64,000 bases of DNA. Source: Eledone cirrhosa. Its lineage: Eukaryota. The notes beneath the pieces were generated by a model. It was given only the letters and a program-made list of their open reading frames with translations. It did not search any database and had not been told where the DNA came from. A program made the position numbers and the translations under genes. The DNA is taken from contig OZ024740.1 of NCBI GenBank assembly GCA_964016885.1, positions 392,584,001-392,648,000 of the forward strand, read 5' to 3'. Below, piece by piece: positions 23,541-38,520 of the stretch; position 1 is the first letter of the stretch; the number at the start of each line of letters is the position of its first letter.

Positions 23541-23765
23541 TCCTGTCTTCCTTCGGTTGCAACGTTTTTCGAAATATTTACTTCCCCGTTCACATTGCTT
23601 TTTTTAGTTTCAGAAGATCCCGTTAAGGGTGAAAGCAACGATTCTTTGCTTAAACTTTAATCTGTTATTTTAATAAATATTTGCTCTACGGTTCTTATAT
23701 ATTTGATATATATTTATATTTATCGAGCCCTCTTTGGATTTTAGTCTTCAAATTTATTATTATTA

Positions 23766-23818
<53 letters not shown>

Positions 23819-23899
23819 TAAGTCATGATAGGCAAACTGCAATATTATTATTAGTATATTTCTATCTAGCTAACTTGGTCATTTACAATACAAACATAA

Positions 23900-25660
23900 A
23901 TATGAGGATATTTGTGTTTATCAAATATATTGATTTGTGTTAACCTATATTCACGGCTCAGAAATACTCTTTCTTTCTTAGAGCTATTTCATTGTAAATT
24001 CCTCCTTAAATTCTCGCCAGCATTCCTTTAATCTCTCTCCTATATTATGGACTGTCTCCTATGTATGTCGTTGTCTTGCTTTTGCATCGTCCCTCTGTAC
24101 ACTTATCCTTAGACTACATTTCTAGTTCTACAGTTTATCTGTGGCCATATCTTACAGGCAATACAGTTTCTACCAGTACAGGATTTTATGGTAACTCCTG
24201 GTTATTCATTTTTTCTAAATCTCTTCTAAAACGATACGCTAGTTCGTCTCTAGGGGTAGCATCGATGAATATGACACTCTGGTATTTTGGGCTGTCATAT
24301 TATGAGTTGACCTTCCCTATCTTTTTCTTAGTCCTTTCTTTGGTATTCTTTGATTTGCTCCTGTATAGTGGACAAATCCCATTCATATCATTCTCCATAA
24401 TGGGTTTGAATTTAGCCATGGCTCCTTTATACACTTTGATCCTGCCTCTTTGGTTATAACCAGAGAACTGCATGTGGTGGATAAAGTGCTGTATGTGTCT
24501 CTTTAAATCTGTTGGATGGCACACGCGGTTCGCATTTTTCATCACCCTTACCAAGTTGGTTATCAAGATACTGAACTTTGCACTATTTTAGATAGCTCAG
24601 CTCCGGTGGATCAAGTACTGGGAAGCCATAGGTTTGGTAATATGTGAATGGAGGATTTGGGGTCTATCATTCCTAGTTTCCATCCAGAGTTCTGTGTTTA
24701 ACACAAGTAATCTATTTTTGGGGTGCTTAGTGGGGTGGTATACTGTTACCTTAATGCTCTAGTGGATGGATGCTCTCCATGGTGCTAGCTTCTAGTTCTC
24801 ATTTGTGGTTACTCTCTAGTGGGGTAGTTTTAACCACTATCTTAATAATCATCAAATAGCGAGAGTACATGGCTATAGCTATGGAGTTCTCAGCTAAGCG
24901 TTCTTTGAGTTTTCTGTCCCACCACACCATAAACAGATTGGCCACATCGCCAGCGACGCTGACGCCAATGGCCGCTCTTTTCTCTTAGGCATATGTTTAT
25001 TATTGAAATTAAACATAACCTTTTAGAGTAGTTTTAATACTCGCTCCCACTTCATGCGCGATCATTCTTCTCATCTGGTTGTGGTTTTCGGGGGTCCGTA
25101 TGGCTCTGATCCAACTGCTCCATCTTTCCAGTGGGGGGTCTTTTTGGCCATTGAGGTGATGGTGGGAGGTTTACCCCTTACAGGTCTACTGGGGCAGAAA
25201 CAGCTAAAGTTGTATTCATCTAGATATTCTCTATCACAGGTAAGTCTAAAGAGGCCCTGTTTCTCAGTGTCAACTCCTCGGAATTCCACATCGCTCCCGC
25301 TGATCATTTCCATTTATTTCTCCACAGCAAAATCAACGTCGATGGATGGATATAAGGATACTACATCCATGCTATTATGTAGTTTTTCAGGTCGTGAGTT
25401 TGGTTGCACTTGTTGATTTTTGCTGAGGAGATCCTCTGCGCTGTCACACACGTCTGGGAACATCTTGATTATGGAGCGTAAGATCATTGTGAGGAAGTTG
25501 CTGGTGATGTTTAGTCAGCAGACAAGTCTTGTTGGTAATGATGCCACAGGATCGGTGGATATTGTATGGTCCTTGCGGAGTCCATACAGCACTGGAATGT
25601 TATTATTCGAAGCTTGGAAATTGTTGGCCGGGTGCTTTCTTTGTCCTAGGATATCAGACT
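23900..25660 (-). mobile_element. Decayed Penelope-like element of a third lineage (RT plus C-terminal GIY-YIG)
   Basis: Minus-strand peptides GVAGDVANLFMVWWDRKL, YSRY, KPMASQYLIH, MQFSGY, PLYRSK, SVIFIDATP, CIACK...NCRTRNVV*...TYIGDS. Confidence 0.75.
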
Positions 25661-25749
25661 ACATCATTATGAATATATATATAACCTAGCTAGTATATAT
25701 ACTATTATAGTTAAGGCATAGGAGGAAATATAAACAAATTTTATACTAG

Positions 25750-27250
25750 TTAATGCTGAGCATGTGTTGAAAGAATATTCTCAATAATGAACTGTTTCAA
25801 AACAATAAACACTAATTGTTTAAAATCAGAGGCTGTAAATGGTATCAGTAAATTCTCTGTGATTAAAATGATACCTCCACCATTAACCATCAAGATCACT
25901 TATCCTGTTTTCAGGCACGGTGGATATGAACTGAACAGCAAAAAGAATGGTAGACATGAAAATATACTAAGACCTGTAGTGTAGCAATAATTTCATATTC
26001 CCCAAAAGGAAACATCTTTCTTATATGAATATAGATAATCAATATATTAATTAAATGTGTTCCATGGCAAACATTTTTACTATTTTTATAGTTCTTTGCT
26101 TGGATCAATTTTTGATAATATAATGTTCACTAATTCATCATTTATCTCTAATAAAATATCTAAAGAGATTGTTTATATTTTGATGATATCCTTAAATACA
26201 GAAGATTCAACTTGAAATACTCGGATTGAAATTCAGCATTCAGTAAATTCCCTTTTTTGAAACGCTTACTAAAAGAAAAGTAGCATCAACTTGTTCTAAA
26301 GTCACTACAATAACTGTTTTTCAAGAAAGTCACATTGTTTGTGTAAGTTTAGATATTTTATAGTAAATTGACAAACCACCTCTTAAATGAATGTGAAGTC
26401 CGATTGTCATTTGTAAGAATGGTAATGGTGTTAATTCTTTTCAAGAAAGTTTCTATAACATGACTAGTGCAAAGAACGAAAGAATAACAAACACATACTA
26501 TAAAAACAGAAGACATATCCTCTTTCAATAGTTTCTGGAACTACTTTTTATACCAAACATGGAAGAACAATTATCGCTAGCGAATACAATAATATTTTCT
26601 AAAGAAATATTTCTTTCCTGCCAAGAACCTATCTATTTCCAATAACTACAGTAGAAGAGCATCTACATTATACTTATTCAATTCAAACTACAGCTAAAAT
26701 TTGGGCAACTAAAATATCAGCACTTTCGTCAATTATAATAGAAAACTTTGATGTCTTGCAGATATTCATTACCACTATTTTTTCTTAAAGTGCAATTCCA
26801 TCCTGAAAGCCATACAAAGGTGTTGTTCTTTTTCATTGATATTAGTTTTTTAGTGATCTTACTGCTCGGAAATGTTCTTTTACATACTGTCAAATGAGAA
26901 TCAATAGTGAAAAAGGGAATGTTTTGTTCAGTAAACTAGCTAGCAGTTCCTTTTTAGCTATTTGTTCATTCACCATAAATTGAATAATATTAACACTAGA
27001 TTTAGCCGTATTGAAACGTTTCTTTCACAGAAGTTTTGTGTTTCCTCGGCAAGGATTTATTTATATTTCTCAATAGCATTGCAGCATTTACAGCAATAGC
27101 TTAGTTTCTTTATGATTTTTATCTTGTTGAAGCCAATCCTTATATTCAGGATCTGCAGCTAGTTTTCTTTGATTGTGCATACCATCTCCTCTCCTCCATT
27201 TTTACTGGGTGTTTGCATTTCATCTCTCATTATCATTGAAGTCAAATAAT
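25750..27250 (-). mobile_element. Decayed hAT-family DNA transposase
   Basis: Minus-strand peptides DPEYKDWL, SIIIDESADILVAQILAVV, FASDNCSSMFG, SFALVM, LEQVDA correspond to hAT BED and catalytic blocks; many stops. Confidence 0.7.
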
Positions 27251-28214
27251 ATGCAAATGTAGTAAGGTTATGTTAACAGAAAACATAAGGCTGCTCATTC
27301 ACACACCATGACGCATGGCCAATACCGACAAAGAATGCCAGGGACGCCAGACATAAAGCTTTTACTGTACTACAATAGCACACGAATCATACAAAATTTA
27401 AATACGTTTAATTGATGACTTATCTATCAATTACCTATTTGAAGATGGTTTAAATTTTCGAAAGTTATTTTGAACACACACTCACACACACGCCTGCAGA
27501 CACAGACAGACTCATACATACAGACATACACGAAATATCTTCAAGAATGCATTTATTGGCGGTATGAAAAAATCGAAATTATAAACTATTTTGAAATTAT
27601 GAACCCAGACAATAAGTGAATAACTCAGATTTTGAGGGGGGGGGGGGGGGGGGGGAATCCCAGATGTGGAAACCCTAATCAGAAAGCCACATGATACGAA
27701 ATGATAAGCGGTCTGTAATATTCTTGGATGTACGGGGCTGCAGATGCGGTACATTGAAGGCATCAATGGGCATATCCCCCTGGTTCGTCTGGGTAGAAAA
27801 AAATCTCTGAAATACTTCCCATGATAAAAATTAGGGAACAGCATAAACCCTGTGATCAAAGAATATCCAGTAGGCGTGAGTCTTCAACCAGAGTATAATA
27901 CGATTCTGTACATGGACAATAATTATATAAAAAAAAAAAATTAAACCTGTATCACATTTTATCACTCAATTTTATCATATCTATCTCACTTTTCGCGCAC
28001 GCACACAACCCCCCCCCCTCACACACTCTCTCTCTGTTCCCTTCTTTCTGTCAATCAAACACACACTTATGAAAAATTATCTGAACTAACAATAGCACAG
28101 ATTGCCAAATCTGAAGGGTTAACCTAAACAGTGATACATTGTTTCTTAATAAATCTTTCTAACATTTGTATAAGGTCTGCAATGTGATGGAAGGAGAAAG
28201 TTAATTATATAAGA

Positions 28215-28520
28215 CAGGTGGGTTTTGAAATCAGAACTTAAAGGGCCATAACTCTATACTGCAAAGCATGGTGTCTGACGCTCTACCGATACTGCTAATC
28301 CACCGCCCTTTCATTGTTAATAATGGTTTCTTATATAGGCACAAGGCCAGAAATTTTGGGGGAGGGGAAACGATTAAATCGACACCAGTGCGTAACTGGT
28401 ACTTTATTTTATCGACCCGTAAGGATTAAAGGCAAAGAGAGATTTGACCTCAGAACGTAAAGGGCTGGAATAAATACTGCTAAGCATATATTCAATGCAC
28501 TACCGACTTTATCAATCCAT
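28215..28520 (-). mobile_element. Two adjacent Nin/Deu-domain SINE copies
   Basis: Family blocks ctaccgatactgctaatccacc and ggcacaaggccag...tcgacccgtaaggattaaaggcaaag; a further decayed + strand copy lies at ~28838-28985. Confidence 0.75.
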
Positions 28521-29099
28521 CACATAACTGTTTCCTCATAATAATAATAAAGTGTTGGGTAAGTCCTACCATTTAAAGTTATTTAGTTATTTTAGCTGCT
28601 ATTAAGTAGTTAGATACTTTTCTATACATTAAAACATTTTCTTCAGTTATGTTTAGAATATGCCATCTGCCTTAAACTACGTGAAACAATATTTGTTGTA
28701 GTGTTATTAATGGGGGATTTAAATTTTGAAGTAATTCAATTATCAGTTAAGTAACTTACTTCTCATGGAGAGTTAAAGAGAGAGCGAAATGCATTTTTTC
28801 AGACATTTTCTCCATTCAATTTTCTTTTAAAGGAGGATAGTGGATTTGGCGGAACTGGTAGAGCGTTGAATAAAATCCTATTGTGTAATTTATTTTGGCG
28901 CTTTACATTCCAAGTAAACGCGGTCAACTTTGCTTTTCATCATTCTGTAATTTCTGGCCTTGTGCCTAAACTAGAAATCAATATTGTTTCAAAGTGTTCA
29001 TGTTGTATATACTTTATACATACAGCATAAAGTACTTGTAGCAGAAATAAATAAATTGAATATGATGAACATCGTCGATCTGGTTTTATGAGGAGGGTA

Positions 29100-31140
29100 A
29101 CTAATGATAATTAGTGTTAGCATGCAGTGAAGTATTCGAAACATTTGATAACGCCTATGCTTTTAAATTTACGTGTAAGTTTAAATGTACTGCAAAATGT
29201 AAGTTACTATTATCGACTGCAAACAGACACGAAAAATATATGATTTCTCTGCCACCATAACCTGTAATATTTCACGACTGGGAGATTTGGAAAGCTTTAA
29301 TTAAAATGTAGTATATGTATAGTAAAATATCCATTATACGATGACATTCTAAAAATGAAAGACTCGTAATTATCTTAATCAATTTACCATAAAACCAATC
29401 AAAATCTGCCAAAATCCTTTTTAAAATTATTATTCCAGTAAGCGAATTTGGTAGCAACAGCAATCAGATTTATTTCCGTGTGTCTGTTCTTTGCGATTTG
29501 AAAGTAAAGCCAGAGAATTTAATTTTTCTTGTATCATTATTGACCGAAGACATGCCTTTAATCGGTTTACTAGAGAAAAATGTTCGTTTAGCCGTAGAAG
29601 ATGTTGCAGGAATTACCAGTAAAAATGGGCAACATATAAAAATCTCTGATATTAAATGTTTGTCATCAGCTGTTGGTCATTCAGATGGTCTATCCGTCAA
29701 ATAACAAATATAGTTCTCAGAGAAACTGCAAATGCCAGAAGTTGAGCGATAAAAAAATTAACGTCAATGTTAGCAGCTTAACTTTAAGTAATAACATTGA
29801 CTTTTGATGAGATGTTCCCATGTTGATCGCCCTTAGAAGTAACGTTTCCAGCCTTGCGTATACCTAATAAGCCCCTTTTTAAAACGTTAGTCGATATAAG
29901 AAATTATTGTAGCTACGGCCTCAAAATATACATGTCTGTATTATTGGCAGAAATGTACCTTCCCCAATTTCCATTTTAAGTTTTCTCGGTCTTTAGCTGC
30001 CGTAGTAATACAGGTTTTGCGATGAAATGGTGTTTCTGCCTTCCTCAAAATATCAAATAATCTTCATTTCTCATCTCTTTCAAAAGTTGCTTAGTAATTT
30101 CAATCATCCTCGCCCATCTCTTGACATTTTAACTATCAGCAGTGACTTTGATAAATTCTCCGAATGCAGATACAACAGATGGTTCAGTCAAAAGTCAAAA
30201 TGAAACGTTTTCTGGTAGCCAATTATATGGCCCAAAGCATCAACATCCAATTGCGGCTCTAAAAATTCTTACTAAATCTCAAACAGGACTGAATATTTAT
30301 CAGAAATTCGCCAAAAGAAATCACATCAAATTTCATTTAAAGTTAAGATACCCTCAATCATCACTTTGCTTTCAGGTTCGATACTTTTTTTAATTTACCA
30401 AGAAATGTCTCACTCTTAGGAGAATACTTTATTAGAGTAAATAAATCTTTATTGTTACTCATCAAATAGTTAAGATACCCTCAACCTTACATTGCATCGA
30501 AGTTTTCTTTACGCCCAGACTCAAAGAATATGCTTGATCATGTGCTGTCTTTTGTTCAAGTTCTTCCAGCCATATTTTCACTCTATATTTTCCTCAAGCA
30601 TGTTTCTCATTGCGTCAAAACACGCGTCTCTGCAATACATTTACCTGCAATTTTGTGAACATACTTATGAAACTGAAAATATTATCGAGGCTTTTTATTT
30701 GGCAAGCAATAAAAACCCAGAAATTCTTCATTGACCAGCGAGCGTTTGTCTATCCAACAAATGCATCAGTATATTCATAAGAAATATTTGATAACAATGA
30801 CAAGGTTTGTGTCTTTTCCACCACGCAAAATTCACATAGTAAAGTCAACCATTATAAATCAGAATTCATTTTGTATAGCGTGACATCGGCACATATATGT
30901 ACCAGCTTTGTTGAGCCCAACGTTAGGAATAATCTTTCCGTCGAAATCGTACTGCATTATACAAGTTAAATGGTTCTTTATAATTTCCCTGCATAAGTAA
31001 TTTTTATTATGGATTTACATTTTGTTTGTATAGGCTTTCTTGCCAATTCAGCCAACAATTATTTTAAATTCTTATATCTAGGAATAGCTGTGCGGTGACA
31101 TTCAGAAAGTAACTGTCTCTTAAAATGTTGACGAGCCTTT
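29100..31140 (-). mobile_element. Highly decayed DNA-transposon ORF, possibly Academ (transposase plus XPG-like and Cys-rich tail)
   Basis: Only fragmentary minus-strand peptides (VHKIAGKCIA, NITGYG, Cys-rich end) in the expected order; many stops; family assignment is weak. Confidence 0.35.
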
Positions 31141-31289
31141 TCCAAATTACTTCAAAATATTTTTTTTAAAATCATGTTCACTTAAAAATAATTTTTAAAT
31201 AATTAAAATCTACACAGACATGTATATAATGTGAAATGAAACTAGAAGGCTCATATATATATATACGTGTCTGTATGTATATATATAAA

Positions 31290-31336
<47 letters not shown>

Positions 31337-31495
31337 ATATATATATGTGGGTGTCTGATCTATATACAGTGGTCATAGACACACATACACACACACACAT
31401 ATATATACACACTCACACACACACATATATATATATATATAAAACAACACCAACAGCTCTCTCTCTCTTTCTCTTCCATTCTCCTTCTCTGTCTC

Positions 31496-31532
<37 letters not shown>

Positions 31533-33199
31533 GTCTCTCTTTCAATCTACTCTCTCACAACCTCCCTCTCTCTCTGTTTATGAAGGTACTCGGAAAAACC
31601 CCATATTTCGGGAACCTATGCTCCGATTTACGCGAAACTTGTTTTATTCCATTTGCATTCCCATTTCAGGGTCAACTTCCATTCAAAGTATTTTCCCATT
31701 ATACTCCCTTTTGGATGTATTACATTATAGACAAGCAAGCAATCACAGAGTTTTAGTAGTATATAGATAGATATTAACACCAAAAATATAAATCTTAACC
31801 CATTGAGGATTATAATATCATACATGAACTATTAATTATTTGATGTTGGATGATGAAGTCCTGGCTATATATTCCACATTCAGTTGCACTTTGTTACTAT
31901 CGAAATTGTAATTTTCCCCAAACCTACCCTTTACTTGTATATTTTGCTGTTAATATTAATTTTTAAAAATAATTATATTATGCCGTTAATGTTAATTCTC
32001 TACATTAGCTAGATTTTAAATCATGAAAATATAAAGAAATAATTTAGATCTGAAGGGGTTAATTTATAAACTAAAATAAATAGTAATTCCAAGTAGAAAT
32101 GAGAAAAATATGAAGCAAACTAATTATTTACTTAGTAAAACAGTACTTTCTCTCTCCCTCCCTCTTTCTCTCCCCCTCCCTCTTTCTCTCTCACCTCCCT
32201 CTCTCTGTAAGGAAGGGATCATCTGTCAGACCTGGAAAGAGATGGACCCCGCTAGCTTTAGATACTTAAGATGCGCCATTGATCACGACAACACACAAAT
32301 GCCTTCATTAAGAGCCCAAAGCAAGGCAAAATACAGTAATTAACAGTTTGTTCCATTATAATTTCTAATCAATATTGAGCGTTAAAGTTTCTTACAGAGA
32401 AAGTAAATCAGACATTGTATAAACATTTGTGTGCATATGTACATAAGATAATCTAACTCAGTAACTGTTTTCTCGATATAGATATCTTAGCAGCAATTTC
32501 TTTGGAAATTGGAAGCTGTTGAAATTCAGCATATAAATAAATTTCTATTAACCCAACTGATGAGATTTGATTTAAGAAATACGATACCATAAAACCAAAT
32601 AATTACTCAAACACCTCTTCATTTCTAAACTAAAATAAACAGTTTATCTCCTTAGAAATTTGTCATTTTCAACATTAACTATTGGTAGCATCGCATGGCT
32701 TTCTTATGGTCATCAATTTTGTTAGAAGAATGTTATACAGAGAAGGTGTAAGAAAACCTAATGTCTCTTTTCTTATATCAAGCCGTAAAAAACAACTAAA
32801 CTCTATTTGTATTTTATGCACTTTGGACTGAAACCATATATATTTTGTGATAAACGATCAAAATTTGATACACAGTTTATCATAATCTGTTTACAACGAA
32901 GCATTTTTCTGACTACAAAACTTACATAACGTTTCATTAAAAAAGTCTTATAACCCGTTTATTATAAATCAAAAACTTTCTTTTTGCAGTGATTAACAAG
33001 TCAGAAAGGAATTATGAGAAAAACAAAACAAAACAAAAAAGCATCTTCAATGTTCTTAAACATAATATCTATAATTTGAAATTTCTCGAATGGAGTACAA
33101 CACGTTTTCATCAATGCCTCTGAATAGACTCATCACACCCCCGAACACAGTAAGGAAATGAATTCGCCTTCTTATTTAATAGAGAGCGTTTTTAAACCT

Positions 33200-34020
33200 T
33201 TTGAATTTATCTTGGCACATTTGTGCTACATCTGTATTATCTTCTCATTCAGTGACTAGAACGTAAGCGACTGTGACAGAACTGAACCAAAAATAGACAC
33301 GGAAGAATTCAAATGGAGGAACAAAAATGAAATTCATTTTAACAAATATGCAGAGCATTGTGAAAGATGTGATAGCTTTTTCACAATATTGAAAGTGAAC
33401 ATCATCTAGTAAAGATAAAAATCAAGGCTGATATGAATTTAGAATATCTAAATTATAGAGAAAAATAAAGCCACAAAAATACAAGACCGTAAGTAAATCG
33501 AAATTATTAATATGAATATGAAATTGAAGTATAACATGTATTTGAAAAGTTAAATGATGAACTGGAAAACTGAAAAGTATAGAGTTACAGAGAAAAGATG
33601 TGGTCCATATTATCACAGAAACTGTAGCATTGAGAAAGAACATTGTAGCATGGAGAAAGAAACACCAAAGAAGAAAAATGTTTGAGGAAACAGAAGACTT
33701 TATGAAGTGAAGGAGGGAAATGAAGAAAAAGAATGCAGTATTCAAAAGGTGGAATATGCAGAAACTCGTAAAACTATTAGGAAAAAAGTGAAAACGTAAA
33801 TATAGAAATTTATACAAGCAATACAGAAAATAAAAGCTTCACAGGAGCTAAAAGAAATCTTGTAAGGAAATCACAAACTATTGCTTTGAAGGCTAATGTA
33901 CAAGTAATATATTGTTGAGAAGATATTCATGAGGTAAAAGAAATGTATCAACATATATACTCAAGCAAATGTCATCTAAGTACTCCAGAAATTTATGTAG
34001 TTGATGAAAAAATACCAAAC
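33200..34020 (+). mobile_element. Probable decayed LINE (RTE-like) ORF fragment
   Basis: A-rich, Lys/Glu-rich coding-like strand with linker-like remnants; no intact motif. Confidence 0.35.
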
Positions 34021-34021
34021 A

Positions 34022-34470
34022 TACGAGAGTAGGCTGAAAGGTTCATAGGCTGACCAAAGTACTCACATGGAAACCAAATGAAGTTTATTGTTCAATATAG
34101 CCCCCCTTGTGATCCACACACTTCTTTCATCGGTGTTGCAGTGCTTGGATCCCTTATGTGAAGAAGCTTTCAACTTGTTGGTAAAAAGGAAGAGTCACCA
34201 ACGGCAGATATGACGTCATAATCACTGCGATACTGGTTCGCAGTCAAGTGTTTTTTTTTTTTTTTTGTGTTGGGGAACAGATGATAGTCAGATTTGTCCA
34301 AATTAGGAGAATAGGGAGGGTGATCAACCAGTTCAAAGCTACAGTCATGCACAGCAGCCATTTAAACCAAGGATTCATATGCTGGAGCAATGTCCTGATG
34401 AAACAAGATCCCTCTCGTCAGTTTTCCTGGGCGTTTGATCTTGATAGACTTTCGTAACTGCCCCAGCAAG
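34022..34470 (-). mobile_element. Mariner transposon 3' fragment
   Basis: HQDIAPA, HPPYSPNL..SDYHLFP (YSPDLAPSD motif); TIR-like tacgagagtaggctgaaaggttcataggctgacc at 34022. Confidence 0.88.
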
Positions 34471-35954
34471 TTTATGTTATCAAACATAACGTCAAGTGTT
34501 TTACTGATCCCAGTAAATTGCTATTCAAATATCTGAAGAGAATGTTTTTAAAAAACATTTACCTCCAAACTTACACAAGAAAGTTTTCCATTCGTCAAAA
34601 ACAAATGAATTTCATCCAAACACATCTCGTTTAATGAATATTATTGTACATATGTAGTCGTGTATACACTGATTTTACATAATTCAATGAATTCTGAAAT
34701 TGTTTTATTTATAAAACACGCGCCTATATGATATTAACTTGGATACAATATTAATCACATTTTCAAGTAACTTAATGCTTTTATTATCATATTTCTAACG
34801 AAAGACACTCTGATTTATTATTTGTTTTAATGATATAACGAACTTTCTTATTGTTATGCTGCTGTTTCAAATATAACTTAACAAATAACGGAGGAAGGAT
34901 TTTAGATAAATACAGACACTTTAAAAGAAAATAAACAACTTTGTATCATAGAACGAAAGGCAATTTCAGACGGACCAACTTTTAAACGCAAAGCCTCCTC
35001 ATGTACAATAAAATAAACGGCTGCCAGTGGTGCCCAACTTATTTTGCAAACAAATTTACAAAACATGCTTCTCTGCCACTGGTGCTGAGTGAACCGAGTT
35101 GGCTCAGAAACTTTTTGAAAGGTCAAATTGTCGATCAGACTGTTTGGTCGCTACTGACATATTTCAACCTCATATGTTCAGGTAACGTCACCCAGTTAAC
35201 CAATCCTTCATATGTGTCCTTACCCTGACAAAATCAAGCAATAATTCTCAGCTTTGCAAAGGAAAAATAATTTAAAGGAACCAATATCTTTTGTAGGCTA
35301 TTCTGATGTTTGTTTTCATTATAAATATTCTATCTTGTATTGTGTTTTTACTCACTATCAATTTTCTTATCTCTTTCCAAGGTGTTAAAATACTGAAGTA
35401 ATCGATATCTGAGCAGCAACTCCATTTATGTACAGATATTAGAACAGCATTCACATTTAACTTCAAGTATTTCATACAGAATTCAATGTTCTTGTCCAGA
35501 GAGATGTTTAAGGCTTGCTCATAACACAGCACCAAACAAGAAAGAGAGAAGGCCCCCATGTAGTTGTTTGATCTGCTAGAAATTCTCTCAAATAACACAT
35601 TGTTGTATTAAAAAGAACACATAGGGTAATGTAATCCTAAATTTACAAACAGAGGGGATGGTTACGGTGGAAACATCTACAATTGTAGGTCAACTAAATC
35701 TAAACTACTCTGGTGCTAAACAATAACACCAACAATAACGGCAATGAACCAATGAATAAGCTTTTAGGCGATTATTCGACCGGATAGAAATAGCATTTAA
35801 AGGACATCAAATGACACCCTACTTAAAACACATAAGAACACAGGATAATGCAGTTCATGATATACAGAGCATGCAAAATGTTGAGATGGTCATAGTAGGA
35901 ACGGACTGAAATGAAACTAAACAATATTAGGAATAACAACTAAACACACACAAG

Positions 35955-36072
35955 AGGCGTAGCCAGCGGGGGCAAGCGGAAGGTTGGCAGCCAACCCCGG
36001 CCAAAGGTGTGAAGGGACACAAAACTCTCTCTGGTTTATTGCACCCAGACGCAGAGAATCCTGACTACGCTG
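35955..36072. mobile_element. Possible small MITE
   Basis: GC-rich island bounded by imperfect inverted ends ggcgtagccag ... ctgactacgct. Confidence 0.35.
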
Positions 36073-36171
36073 CTGACCCACACACCACACACCACTAGAC
36101 GTGGGATACAACTTATCTGTTAATAATGTTTTTGACATGACATTGGATTGAAGAAAGAGAATGTTGATTCA

Positions 36172-36330
36172 TTGACCCAGTACTTAACTGGTACTTTATT
36201 TTACCGACTCTGGGTGGACAGATGGCAAAGTTGATCTCGGCGGTATTTGAATATAAATCATAGAAAGTCGTATCTAAATTCCGCATAGCATTTTGTCCGA
36301 CGTCCTAACGATTCTGCCAATCCACCTCTT
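36172..36330 (-). mobile_element. Degenerate Nin/Deu-domain SINE
   Basis: actggtactttatttt...ggcaaagttgatctcggcggtatttgaa...ctgccaatccacc. Confidence 0.7.
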
Positions 36331-36859
36331 GCATTTCTGTTAAAAATATATGAGAGATTGGAGCATTAACTGCCATTCTGTAATTGTGACTAATCAATGA
36401 ATGTAATGTGAATAGCAAAGCGTTAGATTTCTGAAAAGCTACCATAGTATTTCAGAACAGAAAATAATTTGCTTATGCAATTGTGTAGGTTGACACGTTT
36501 TTCTTTCAATTTTCTTTCTTTTTAATGTATAATGTAATATAATGTACCCTCATGTAGAATTATATTGTTGTTGGAAACGAGGAACTAGAGTTTGGTTTAT
36601 CACCACACGATGTTTATGCTTGCGTTGTTTGTACTGAATTATATGTTAATACATTATTACAGTATTGATGTATTCATATTTGTGTATTCTTGAGTACAAG
36701 TACCAGTAAAATATTCTTTTTTTTATCTATCACACACGCCCACACAGAAACAGACAGGCATATATACATACATGCATAATAAATGTAAATGCTCATTTTT
36801 GTTTTACCCAGTGACATAAATTGTATATTAAACTCCGTGTAGAAGTTCAGCAATGCCAT

Positions 36860-37870
36860 AAATAATGTATGAAACTTCCAGAAGGAATTGCTTATTCTAT
36901 ATACACTGCAAACGTTTCAATCATAAACGTTTATTCCAGATAATATTAATAATATGGCTGAGGAAAATACTTTCGGGAAGAGATTTGCATACATATGTGA
37001 TAGGACATCACATATGTAATATATTATGTTAAAAAATCCCCTGATTAACGGAGGTTCCCCCCCCCCCCCCCCCAAGAAATTCGTGGACAAAACCTCCTCT
37101 ACGGATAATTAAAATTTAAAATCAACAAGCAGTAACAATCCTATAAGATCAGTTGGACGAAATCCTTTGACAAAAAAGCAAATACTATACATATTACTAT
37201 ACATATAGGAAGCTTAACGAAGAAACTGTTTTCAGTCATAAAAACTCCAACTACCAGTTATCGTTATAAACCTAGTACATTGAATTAGCAAAATGATCTC
37301 TAGCTTATCATCGATTACAACGTGGCACTAACGGGAAGTGACTTCAACGAAAAGTTAGTATACGTGGATCCCTGTCATCCTACAGTGAGTTAGGAAGAGA
37401 GACATGAATTGGTTTAATCCTCCATTCAAACTAGAACTCTACACAAATAGTATAGCCAGAAACTTCCTTTCTCTAATTAGACGACGTTTCCAAAACACAA
37501 CAAATACCATAAGATCTTTAACTACCATACGTAGGGGTTAGCTACTCGTGCTTACATAGTATCGCTCCCAGCATTGCACACTACAACAGAGGAAAACATG
37601 CTCTTACACAAGCCCTACCACCCTACTGAGTTTGAGACAGTAGAAACACCATCAATTGGGTCCTCTGGGAAGATCCTGACTCTCAAAGTTTGTGGTCTAT
37701 AGAGCCATCCTCACATCGCCAGATGGAATCCCGAGGGCTTACACATCTCTAACAGCCAACGACCACAGGGTTATATTCATCAAGAATATGAACTCTTTCA
37801 TACGCTTGATGAATATACCCAACCATGACCGGTTGCACTGGGCTACATGTTACCAGGAACACACGCGCGC
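36860..37870 (+). mobile_element. Decayed Penelope-like fragment (same lineage as 19635-22994)
   Basis: WFNPPFKL, IARNFLSLIRRRF, HKIFNYHT, VVYRAIL...AYTSLT. Confidence 0.7.
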
Positions 37871-37974
37871 GCGCGTAGTTGTGAATATAAACGAAGAAAA
37901 AAGGTATTAAACATAATATAGAAGTTGAAAGTATATACATTAACAATTTCACTTATTTCTGTGTGTGTGTGTGT

Positions 37975-38520
37975 TATCGACCCAGTACTTAACTAGTACT
38001 TTATTGTAAAGACGAATGGCAAAGTTTGTCTCAGCGGGATTTGAACTCATGCCATAGAGGGTTGTAGCTAAATACCACAAAGTATTTTGTTCAACGCTTT
38101 AATAATTCTGCCGATCCAGTGGGCAGGAGTCCAAATTGAAAAAGAAAACAAAATGGCGACGTGGTGAATCTGTGTACATATCACCGAAAATAATTGTTTC
38201 TACTTTTGGCACAAGGCCAATTAATGAAAGGCAAAGTTAACCTCGGCGCGATTTGAACTTAGATCAGAAAGGGCTGTAATTCTATGCTGCAAAACATGGC
38301 GCCCGACCCTTTACCGATACTCCCAATCCATCGCCCTGTTGACTGAGATAATGGTTTCTTATATAGGCACAAGGCCAGCAATTTTGGGGGAGGGGAAAGT
38401 CGATTAAATCGACCCAGTGCGTGACTGGTACTTTATTTTAGCGATCCCGTAAGGATGAAAGGCAAAGTTAACCTCGGTGGGTTTGAACTCAGACCATAAA
38501 GGGCCGTAACTCTTTGCTAT
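37975..38520 (-). mobile_element. Cluster of three Nin/Deu-domain SINE copies
   Basis: Family blocks at ~37975-38120, ~38190-38335 and ~38350-38520. Confidence 0.8.

Noticed and set aside
32555-32590. CTGATGA...GAAA motif
   Set aside because: No convincing stems; expected by chance in AT-rich DNA.
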